Assembly: GCA_964016885.1 (NCBI GenBank) | Contig: OZ024742.1 | Location: 46,438,001-46,502,000 of the forward strand | Length of the DNA stretch: 64,000 nt | Direction: 5' to 3' | Source of the DNA: Eledone cirrhosa | Lineage: Eukaryota | Shown: positions 53,755 to 64,000 of the stretch, piece by piece | Layout: each line of letters begins with the position of its first letter | Position numbering within the stretch: position 1 is the stretch's first letter | The notes under the pieces: model-generated | What the model was told of the DNA's origin: nothing | The model's database searches: none | What the model saw: only the letters and a program-made list of their open reading frames with translations | Made by a program: the position numbers and the translations under genes

Positions 53755-56694
53755 TTACAGACACATACTCAGAGAAGGCCCATTCATTCGGGCCATACTT
53801 GCTTCTCTCACCCATCTTTCAACAAAATGCTGGGAAGAGAGCACTTCCCTCTCTACCCTGATTTTCCTTTTAAGATGAAATTTGAAAAAGTTAATCAGGG
53901 CATCACCGAAGAGGTAAGTGCTCGTCTTCAGCCCTTTCAAACGTGTCCACCATACTATCTCTTTCGCCATGGCCACCAGACAGATAAAAACTGCCTGCCC
54001 TTCCCGGCTAAAGGAAGAGGGCGGGGAAATCCTCACGATGGACTCAGCTGATAGCTGGATCCGTCCTACACGTGACAGCAGGTGTTCGACATAAACCCAC
54101 AAGTCAGCAATGCTCGGACACTGGACGAGTGCGTGCAGGACGGTTTCGTCGCCCTGTGCGCATCTCGGACATGCCCGGCTGACGGCACCTCCATGCCTGT
54201 AAAGTTTATCCCGAACTGGCAAAGCACCCCGGTAGCACTGCCAGGCCAGGGATTTCTGGAAGTTGTCCATAGGCCCCGGCCCGAAAGTTCTTCCGAAGAG
54301 ATTGGCTAGTTGATTTTCGTCGACGCCTAGAGTTTCTCCAAGTACGTCGTCGCTCTTCCCCTCAACTAATCCCCTATAGAACGCCAAGATGGAGTTTCCA
54401 CCGATCACATTGCCCGATTGGTCGAGGGCTGTGAGCGCCTGAAGACATTCCAGTCTCCAAGCGCTCCCTCTCGGTCATCGCTTGATCCAGGACTGCAGCT
54501 CCGTCAAGGAGACGAGCTGGGGAAAAACGTGTCTAGCAAACGGCGACCACACCTGATCACCGTCGAGGAAGAGGTGGAGATGTCGTAGCCTGAGCGCGTG
54601 TCTGCGCATCATCAGCCACGGCATGCCCAGCCCTCCACGTAGCGGGTGTTGACAGCAGATGGACCGCCTGACCATCGGAGCGCGTCCCTTCCACAAGAAG
54701 CGGAAGAGCAAACGCTCCAGCGCAGTCAGGCGGGGCTTAGGGCAAGGTACGACGGTCAGGCGGTAGTAGATGACGGACGCGATGTACGCGTTAGCCACCT
54801 CCGCTCGACCTTTCAGGGATAGCTTCCTCTCGGCCCATCTCTGGGTGAGAGAAGCCACCCTGCTCGTCACCTCGTCCCAGTTTTTGTCCGTCTGGAGGTC
54901 TGGACCGAACCAGACTCCTAGCAATTTAACCGTTCCGTCCGTCCAGCGCCCGACGACGCTGTTGGACGGCATGGACCTGCCTCTCCAGGTGCCGAGCTGC
55001 AGGCCCACTGACTTTTCCTGGTTGATCATTGCTCCTGTCACCGCTTCGTATTCTCTTAGTGTAGTGCCGATCGCCTCGATGTGTTTGGCGTTTGACACCA
55101 CTACGGTGACATCGTCGGCATATGCTGACACGGATCTTCCGCATCCTAGTTCGCGCGGGACCCCCCTCAACGTCTCCAGTTTGTGCAGTAATGGCTCGAG
55201 AGTCAATACGTACAATAGGGACGAGAGGGGACATCCTTGGCGGACCGAGCGCATGATGTTGAACGGTTCCGAAAGGTGACCGTTCACTCTCACTACAGAG
55301 CAGATGTTGCTGTGCATGGCAGCGATCCAGCCTCTGAAGACGGGCCCAAAGCCAGCCGCCCTCAGGACTGCCGCTAGGTAACGATGGTCGACCCTATCGA
55401 AGGCTTTCGACTTATCTAAATTGATCAAAGACCCACCCGTGCCAGGTTCCCTAGCTACCCTCTCTACGATGTATCGCATGAGGTGGAGGTTGTCGTGGAT
55501 GGATCTGTCGGGAATGGCGCATGTCTGTGCCTCTCCCACCAGACCACCAACGACAAGCGCCAACCTCTTTGCTAGCACCTTGGCCAAAATCTTGAACTCT
55601 GTGTTTAGCAGAGTTATGGGCCTAAAATTATCTATGCTATCCCCCTTGTTCGGATCCTTTCTCAGCAGCGCCACCGCTGCACTGAAGAATTGGTCAAGGG
55701 CCAATGTCGCCGCAAGTACGTCGGTCGCGATGCCTTTGCTAAGCGCCTCATCTAATTTTCTAACTAGTTCTCCTTCTGCTCTATTTTTCTCTATTGCTAA
55801 AGTCTTACTAAACCTAATCGACTCTATTCTAATTGCTCTTTTCAGAGCAAACCACCACTTGTTGTTGACAATGGCCACCCTCAACGCCCGCTTAACTAGT
55901 TCGCTAATCCGGTCTCTGTAGGCCTTGCGCGCTGGTAAGGACGCGTTTAGCTTCCAGTAGCCGGGTCCTCGCCTATGAAGCCTATCTAAGTCAAGCACAC
56001 AGATCACGAATTTGTGGTCCGTGTAGCTGACTATCTTGAATTGTGGACAGCCTATGCTAGACCTATCTATTTCCCTACAAAATACTCTATCTAGATATGA
56101 TCTGGATGACCCTATGCGATTTGTCCAAGTCCACATTGGTACATTCGGGAAATCCATTCGGTACCTGTCAGACAGTTCAAAACGTCTGAGCAGGTTGGTG
56201 AGACTCTTGCACCCTCCTGCCCTATCCACTAATCCCACACAATCCCAGCGTGCATCTAAGATCCCGTTCCAGTCGCCCACTAACACTAAAGAGCGGGACG
56301 TTCCAAGAAAGGTCTCCAGACGCCGGAAGAAATCAGGCCGCCCTGCTCCTGTCGGGGCATAGACGGCCACTAACCTGAAAGCTTGCCCGTCTCCGCTGGT
56401 CACGTCCAGCACCACCAACTTACCTTCTGGGTCCAGGAAGATGGCCCGTATGGCAAGATCCAAACCTCTCCGAAAAAGCACAGCAACTCCTCCCCCCGAT
56501 CCCGGACGGCTGGGAGATGCGTACACATCGTAGCCGCCGAAGATCGGTGCGAAAGCCTGTGCTTCGGAGATTCTGGTTTCGCTGATGGCTACTACATCTA
56601 TGTTTAGTGACCTGAGGTCGTTGAGCAGGTGGCCCTGCTTCCATGACGACCCCAAGCCACGCGCATTTATGCTGCCTATTCTGAGTGAGGTCAT
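53755..56694 (-). pseudogene. Tx1 ORF2 APE-RT with in-frame internal deletion (~55680) and premature TGA (54475-54477)
   Basis: INARGL, GDWNG, TDHK, NFRPITLLN, YADD, CPRC..ETVLHALVQC. Confidence 0.9.
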
Positions 56695-56729
56695 GTTGAA
56701 AAGGAGTGGAAAAGATGGGAAAGACCACT

Positions 56730-58705
56730 TACCTTACTTCTCGTAGGGGAAGGACGGTTTTTCCATCCTTTTCACTGCTTGTGGCCTCCTCAGGAAGGAT
56801 GTCCTTATAAATCCTCCTGGAGAGTGCTTGTCGGAAGTCTCCGATGTCTTTGGGGAATTTTTGTTTTAGTGTCATGTACGTTTTCTGTGTGATGCGAGTG
56901 ATTTGTATGTGTGGAGGTGGTGTGAATTTTGGGGTTGTTGTGTAGTCTTTTTCTGTGATGCTGGTGTTGTGTTGGATGTAGTGTAATAATTGCTTGTTGT
57001 TCAAATTTAATGCTGTGTAGTGTGTATCGTTTTGGTTGTTTTGTTTGCGTTTGTTGTGGGTTTGTTTCTGTTTCGCATTTTGGTGACTTTTGTGGTGTAG
57101 GTGATGGTGGTGTTGGGGTTAATGATGGTGATGGTGTTGGTGTTTGGGTTGATGGGGTTGGTGATGCTGGTGTGGATGGTGGCATATCTGTCCTAACTTT
57201 TTTGTTTCTTAATTTATTTGTTTCCCTCTGTATTTTGTTTTTGGAGGGGGAAGGAAGAGAATTTTTTCTTTTTTGGTTTCTTTTTTTTCTTCCGGATATC
57301 GTTTCCCACTCCTCGTCGTCACAATCTGTCTCCAGTTGTGATAGGCCGGGGAGTGGAAAATCCTCCACAGGCGTTAGTTTTGGTTGTGGTGTGGTGGATG
57401 GTGTAGGCGCTGGTGCTAGTTCTGAAGCGTTGGGTGGTGGTGGTGTTGGTTTTGCTGGTGGTGGTGGTGGTGGTATTGGTTTTGCTACTGTTTCTGGGGT
57501 TGTTGCTGTTATAGTTGCTTCTGTTGTTGCTGCTACAGTTGTTGCTGCCATCTCTGCTACTGGTGGTGTTGATGGTTGTGTCACTAGGGTGGGTAGGAGA
57601 GGTGGCCTCAACCTTTTAGCCTGAGGGCAGAAAGCCCTTAGGTGGGTTCCTTCACCACAAACGACATACCTAGGTCTTCTGCCCTCGACAATTACCGTGA
57701 GGTGGCTGCCGTCAGTGAGGTCTATTACCTCTGGGATCTCCTCAATGCTTTTTTGGTCCGCTTGGATCAGGAGCTCCATCCCAGATCCGGACCAGTTCTC
57801 CTGCTTTTCTTTTGCTATTGCTATTATTTTCGTGTTGGCTTCGATGCCGGCGAGGACGGCCGCTATTAGCCAGGGAATTTCGATGGCCGGTGGAACGTGG
57901 GTCACCCTGATCTTTACGAGTCTCTGGCCACAATAGCTTGGGACGAGTGTGAAGTCGTCACTTCTTAATGGGGCCATGGAGTGTTCTCTAGCCTCCTCTG
58001 GTGTTTCAAAGAACACGTCCACGGTTCCATACTTTTGCCCACGTCTGATGTGGGTTTTTCTTGCCCACACATGTCCCAAAGCTTTTTGGATTTGGGACTC
58101 GGATGCCCGTTCCACTCGGCGTGATTTTACATTTATTGTTCTATACGACACGGTGCATAGGCGCCGATGCTCCATTTTATTAGGTGGGGGGTGGGGGGGG
58201 GGTGAGCCTGACCCTGTACCCATCTTTCTTTACCATTTGTTTGGCATTTTCTAAATCCTCCTGAGTTACCGTAAATGCTTCGAACTGTTTTGCTACTCTG
58301 GCGAAACTGAGGGGGGGGGTTTATAATGTCATTGTTGTTGTTGTTGCTATCGTTAATATTAATTTTAGTTTCAGTTGTGGTGGTGGTGACGTCAGTCGTC
58401 TTTGGTGGGGAAGAGTCCATTTTGCTTGATTTCATTTCGACATCACGAGTTAATTTATTTTTTTCTTCTTTTGTCTCTGTTGTCGCGGTGGTGGTGGTGG
58501 TGGAGGCTTTAACACCTGCAGTCATTGGTAATGGCGGGAAATGAATGTCTGCCTGAGACAAATTTAAAATATTGCTAGTGCTTATATTTTTTTTTGTGTT
58601 GGCAAACGTAGTAACATTTACAATGGTGGTGTCGGTGTGAGGTGTTAATTTGTGAGGAAGGCTTTCAGCTGCTTCGTGCAGAGGTGAATTAGCCATTTTT
58701 TTCAA
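56730..58705 (-). pseudogene. Tx1 ORF1, frameshifted, degenerate zinc knuckle and Pro/Thr-rich region
   Basis: ORFs 58133-58705, 56805-58223 and 56729-57004. Confidence 0.8.
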
Positions 58706-58925
58706 AGAAATATTTTTTTATAATAATAAAAGTTTAAATTTTGGGCACAAGGCCCCAATCTTTTTGGGTGTCCTTTTCGGAAAACAATGTATGTGCGCTT
58801 ATAAACAGTTAACAATAAAATTTTCCATAAATGACAATTTTTAACAAACGGAAATAACAAACCTTTGCGGAGCTCACGATGATACGATTTACTACGTAGG
58901 TCGCCAATAATAATAATAATAATAA

Positions 58926-61235
58926 TAGTTAAGGAGCCAGAAAAGATACCATCATGGCTAGTTAACGGCATTAAATTCCTGCTTCCGAAGAATGATGAGA
59001 CAAACAATCCCAAAAATTACAGACCGATAACTTGCTTGACCACAATGTATAAAATTTTAACATCAGTCCTAACTGAATACACATATGACCACCTGATAAC
59101 AAATGACCTATTTCCCATTGAGCAGAAAGGGTGTAAACGAGGCTCATATGGCTGTAAGGATCAGCTTCTGGTTAACAAAATGATACTGGAAGATTGTCAT
59201 AATAGACACAAAAATCTATCGATTGCTTGGATAGACTATAAAAAAGCATTCGATAGTTTGCCACACAGTTGGATTGAAAAATGTTTAGAGATTTTCAAAA
59301 TATCCCCCGCTGTCAGGAGGTTTTTGTCATTCAGTATGAAGACATGGAAAACGACACTCCTTTTGAATAGTGAAACAAAATCACTGGAAGCTGGAGAAGT
59401 TAATATTAATTGTGGAATTTTTCAGGGTGACTCTTTATCACCGCTTTTATTCTGCATCGCACTTATACCATTAAGTAAAATGCTCAATGAAACAAAACAT
59501 GGATATGAAGTCTATGACAAAACCATTAATCACCTGTTCTACATGGATGACCTGAAACTATTTGCAAAAAATGATGAACAATTGCAAGGGCTATTATTCA
59601 CTGTGAAGCAGTTCAGTGATGACATTAAAATGGAGTTTGGACTAGATAAATGCGCCAAAGCAACGTTCACCAGAGGAAAGCTGCTGAAGAGTTCAGACAT
59701 TAATCTTGATCGGGGGAACGTGATAAGAGAACTTGATCAAGAAAAAACTTACAAATATCTAGGTGTTTGTGAAGGAGACGGAATCAAGCACTCGACAATG
59801 AGGGAAAGGATAAGGAAGGAATGTTACCGCAGAGTAAGAGCAATCTTAAGAACGGAATTGAATGCAAGGAATAGGATCGATGCCATAAACACGCTTGCCA
59901 TATCAGTAGTAACCTACAGTTACAATGTCATCAACTGGTCAAGCACAGAGATCCGTAGGCTCGATACAAAAATTCGAAAATTCTTAACCATGCACAGAAT
60001 GCATCACCCTAAGGCAGATATAGATAGAATATATCTCCCTAGGAAAGAAGGAGGACGTGGGTTAATCCAGTTAGACATTGCGTTGAAAACTGCAACAATT
60101 GGATTATCTACATATCTAAGGGAATCACATGATTGGATGATCAAACTCGTTTTGAAACACGAAAGCATCAAAAGATCATATTCCATTACAAAAGATGCAC
60201 AAAGATACAGTAATGGACTACAAATTTCAGAAGTCCCATTTACTGCTGAAATGGAAAACACAGAAAAAGCAAAGCAGGTAAAAGTAACTGCAAAGAAAGA
60301 ACTGCTACAGAAACTGGTTAAGAAATGGCAAGAAAAGCGTCTGTATGGAAAATACCCAGAGCGAGCTAACAATCCTGATGTTGACAAAACTTTAACCCAT
60401 CAGTGGTTGGCATCCTCTGGACTGAAATCGGAGACTGAAGGACTGATTATATCGGCACAAGATCAGTGTCTGCCAACAAAAAATTACCAAGCCAACATAA
60501 TAAAAAATGGGTGCAGCCCATTATGCCGTGTATGCAAAAAACAACCAGAGACCATTGACCATATAATTTCAATGTGCAGTCCTATAGCTCCAACCGAATA
60601 CCTAAACAGGCATGACAGAGCTGCACAATACATACATTGGATAATGTGTAAGCATTTTGACCTGCCCCATCAAAAGAATTGGTGGGAGCATCAACCACCT
60701 CCCATACTTGAAAAAGATCACATCTCAATCTTGTGGAACTTTGGCATCCAAACAGACCGAAAAATAGATGCAAATAGACCTGATATAATATTGAAGGACT
60801 TTCAAAAGAGGGTATGCCTGCTAATTGATATGTCTGTTCCAATAGACAAGAATGTATCTATAAAAACATTTGAAAAATTGAGCAAGTATAAGGACCTGGA
60901 GATAGAAATTGGAAAAATGTGGAAATTGAGAACTAAAACAATACCAGTGGTTGTAGGCGCTCTGGGAATGATACCTAAGGGGTCTAATGACTACTTATCG
61001 CAAATCCCAGGAAACCCGCGTATAGGAGAAATACAAAAGATAGTACTAATGGGAACTGCCCATATACTAAGGAAGATTCTGTCAATATAAGTACATCACA
61101 AGTCTAAACACTAAAGATGCATGTGTGAATATGTATGTTCTTTCTTGAACATGGCGGACCTTGTTGTCTCTTGAGGTCACTGGTTGTGACTTGGTGATAA
61201 CTCGTATGAACATAAAGCAAGATAAATGCAACTGT
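58926..61235 (+). mobile_element. 5'-truncated Dong/R4-clade LINE inserted in (TAA)n
   Basis: (TAA)n at 58906-58925 and 61235-61259. Confidence 0.92.
59036..61090 (+). CDS. Uninterrupted RT, CCHC and restriction-like endonuclease reading frame (N-terminally truncated)
   Basis: WIDYKKAFDS, GIFQGDSLSPL, YMDDLK, CRVC..ETIDHIISMC, RHD, NRPDI, KLSKYKDL, PVVVGALG. Confidence 0.9.
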   Translation: MTTMYKILTSVLTEYTYDHLITNDLFPIEQKGCKRGSYGCKDQLLVNKMILEDCHNRHKNLSIAWIDYKKAFDSLPHSWIEKCLEIFKISPAVRRFLSFSMKTWKTTLLLNSETKSLEAGEVNINCGIFQGDSLSPLLFCIALIPLSKMLNETKHGYEVYDKTINHLFYMDDLKLFAKNDEQLQGLLFTVKQFSDDIKMEFGLDKCAKATFTRGKLLKSSDINLDRGNVIRELDQEKTYKYLGVCEGDGIKHSTMRERIRKECYRRVRAILRTELNARNRIDAINTLAISVVTYSYNVINWSSTEIRRLDTKIRKFLTMHRMHHPKADIDRIYLPRKEGGRGLIQLDIALKTATIGLSTYLRESHDWMIKLVLKHESIKRSYSITKDAQRYSNGLQISEVPFTAEMENTEKAKQVKVTAKKELLQKLVKKWQEKRLYGKYPERANNPDVDKTLTHQWLASSGLKSETEGLIISAQDQCLPTKNYQANIIKNGCSPLCRVCKKQPETIDHIISMCSPIAPTEYLNRHDRAAQYIHWIMCKHFDLPHQKNWWEHQPPPILEKDHISILWNFGIQTDRKIDANRPDIILKDFQKRVCLLIDMSVPIDKNVSIKTFEKLSKYKDLEIEIGKMWKLRTKTIPVVVGALGMIPKGSNDYLSQIPGNPRIGEIQKIVLMGTAHILRKILSI

Positions 61236-61427
61236 AATAATAATAATAATAATAATAATATGTATGTATGTGTGAGTGTGCGTCTGTATATATGCGAATA
61301 TAAATGGTAGTGTATATGCTAATGTATATGGTGGTGTATATGGTGGTGTATATACATATACTGAGAGAAAGAGAGGGAAAGAGAGAGAAAGAGAGAGAGA
61401 GAGAGCTAGATAAATTGACAGACAGAC

Positions 61428-61775
61428 ATATAGATATATTTGCCACAGGGGCGTACAAAAATGGGACATTACAAGACGTGACGGCGGGGGTTTTACATAA
61501 AAATCATATAACTTTAACATTAATTAATAACAATAAGCTATATATAATAAAATAACAATTGAAATCCCCAATAGGGGGGAACGTTACTGCAGGGTTGTTT
61601 TATACCCCGTGGATAGAACAACCCTCAACACCAGGAACACGTTTTGTGGGTGTTCCTGTCTTCCCTCTGTTTATCTTCCTCAACCTATAGGTCTATATAC
61701 AGAGAAGGCCCATTCACTCGAGCCATTTTCGCCACATTCACCCACCTTTCAGCGAATTTACTGGGGTGTAGCACT
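61428..61775 (-). mobile_element. Tx1 3' end fragment, family of 1-2040
   Basis: Reverse complement matches 1485-1640 and 1870-2030; next to (GATA)n. Confidence 0.8.
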
Positions 61776-63329
61776 ATATATAGCGAGACAGACAGATAGA
61801 TAGATAGAGAGTAAAATAGAGAAAGAAGAATTAATCCCAGTATTGAAATGGAACCATATCTATCAACTTCAAATGTTTGAAAGGCAATGTTGACCATGTC
61901 AGTAGTTTAATTCAGACCACAGAGAGCCAGAACGACCAACGAATGTCCCTCTACCGACATACTAAAGAGTCTGCTATTTTAACGCTTTATTATACGACAT
62001 TATAACAATTTATTCGTAATAAATTTGTAGATACACTTTATAGAAAGATAACACAATTAAACAAAAGACAAACAAAAATCAAACACGCTTTGTTTTATTA
62101 TAATATTATAAAAACAACCTTTGCCTTTATTATAGTTTTATTAAAACAACCTTTGACAAATATACCATAATTTCATTTTACATTCAATTTTAAAGTCAAT
62201 GAAATAAATGCAATCAGCCATGATATTATTTTTATATATATTTTTGTCACACTTCACTGAATATGTTCTAAGTCATTATATATCCTTTTTTCATACTTCA
62301 CTGAACACGTTCTAAGTCATTTAACTTCAAATTTTTTAAAAACAACAACATCAATAACAATAACAACAACAACAAAGATATTTAAGCGATATGAACATAT
62401 GTAGCTCTTTATCAATATTGTATTTGTAATTAAAAAAAAAATCTATTAACAAAGTTCATTTCATAAAAATAGTTATAAAAAAAACAAACAAAAAAAATAC
62501 AGTGCTAACAAATTGTTATATTATAATAGTGTTGATCAATCTACTAGAAATAGCAGACAAAATTAATTCCCTTCATATTACGTTATTGCCTTGAAAACAA
62601 GATAACATAAATAAAGATATACAATGCTCGAGAGATGGACGGGAAAGGCATGGTTTGAATACCTTGGATCATATGTTTGCTCAAATATCTCATTTTAACT
62701 TCCTCTGTCTCAATCACTATTCCTCTCTGGAAGAAACCGGCTGTTTTCTGTCTGGAGAGGGAGGGGCTCCGCCAGGTGGAAAATATCTAAGACATGCTGT
62801 GCCTCAGGTGGTACACTTTCGACTCATCGGGGGTTAAGAACCTTTAACCATACCTGTCCACTTATACTAATGAGATTGGATATCTAAAACTAATGAGATT
62901 GGATATCCTTCAATCATCGATCTGAACAATCAGGGCGATATGAGACTAAGTAACAAGAATTCTACTACAACACAGCATTTCCTTGCTAAATACATCCAAA
63001 TTCCACGACAGAACGACAGAACGACATTCAATTACAACATAACTCGGTACTTTCTCACAACCTTTTACACAACTGTATTTATGACAACATAGAAAGAACA
63101 ACAATAGGTACAATATTCAATGATATAATTCAGTATTTTTAGGCGCCAACTGAAGTCTGAAATTTCTCATAAGAATAAAAATGATTAGTTGAATTGTCTT
63201 TAAAAATGACATAGTTGATTATTGTAAGCCTGTGTAGTTTTCATCATTAAATCTACCATTATTGAACAGCCAAAGGCGACTTTACATTGTACAACATAGA
63301 AACAATTAAGTGGTGGAAAATTGTTTCAA

Positions 63330-63420
63330 AGTAAAGGCTATATATCCAACAGATGGAACAGTAAAGACTATATATCCAACAGCTGGAACAGTAAAGACTA
63401 TATATACAACAGCTGGGAAA
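63330..63420 (+). repeat. 30-bp tandem repeat x3
   Basis: gtaaagactatatatccaacagctggaaca. Confidence 0.85.
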
Positions 63421-63519
63421 ACAGTCGAAACAAGAACAAGAAAAGCAATTGTAAATTCAGTCAATTAAATTGATAGAAAAGAAAACATTGGACGGATTCT
63501 TATTTAAAATATTGCTGTT

Positions 63520-64000
63520 GATTAATGAAACAGTGATAGCTACATACATGTTAATGAAAATATTGTTAACTATATACACATTAATGAAAGCAGTGTTAGC
63601 TATATACACATTAATGAAAGCAGTGTTAACTACATACACATTAATGAAAGCAGTGATAACTACATACACATTAATGAAAGCAGTGATAACTACATACACA
63701 TTAATGAAAACAGTAATAGCTACATACACATTAATAAAAACAGTGTTAGTTACATACACATTAATAAAACCAGTGTTAGTTATATACACATTAATGAAAG
63801 CAGTGTTAGTTATATACACATTAATGAAAGCAGTGTTAGTTATATACACATTAATGAAAGCAGTGTTAGTTATATACACATTAATGAAAGCAGTGTTAGT
63901 TATATACACATTAATGAAACCAGTGTTAGTTATATACACATTAATGAAAGCAGTAATAGCTACATACACACTAATGAAAGCAGTGTAAGCTATATACACT
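63520..64000 (+). repeat. 30-bp minisatellite, about 16 units, runs off the window
   Basis: tatatacacattaatgaaagcagtgttagt. Confidence 0.95.

Larger units (their letters stand above)
53510..58905 (-). mobile_element. Full-length Tx1-clade LINE (second family) in (ATT)n
   Basis: ORF1 ~58705-56730 and ORF2 56694-53755; (AAT)n at both ends. Confidence 0.92.

Noticed and set aside
61830-61960. EF-hand-like peptide AFQTFEVDRYGSIS on the minus strand
   Set aside because: Short, preceded by an in-frame stop, and without convincing splice sites.
63330-64000. 30-bp periodic repeats as a CRISPR array
   Set aside because: No unique spacers, no cas genes, and a eukaryotic context.

Overview
AT-rich eukaryotic DNA, saturated with microsatellites and made almost entirely of retroelements. 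The SINE types and the (TA)n/(CA)n density suggest a cephalopod such as Octopus (inference). Contents: Tx1/L1-type LINEs (1-7790 +, 53510-58905 -), R4/Dong-type RLE LINEs (47481-51415 -, 58926-61235 +, plus fragments), a CRE-type fragment, RTE-related pieces, tRNA-derived SINEs, and Penelope-like elements (PLEs) of two types: a near-complete Naiad-like copy at 41148-45065 and several Hydra-like GIY-YIG fragments. The main unannotated signal is a set of more than 12 sequence-unrelated, mostly non-coding fold-back or direct-repeat elements inserted in (TA)n, carrying type I hammerhead ribozyme motifs folded by eye. Three families have a non-canonical U3-A8 core, one has a CUGAAAGA core with a long stem II, and many share an ACTC..GAGTRC tail hairpin just beyond the point where the inverted arm stops. 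No intact host gene is evident; scattered minus-strand unique segments may be decayed exons of a cyclic-nucleotide-gated-channel-like gene (weak). All folds and family assignments are manual and coordinates are approximate.
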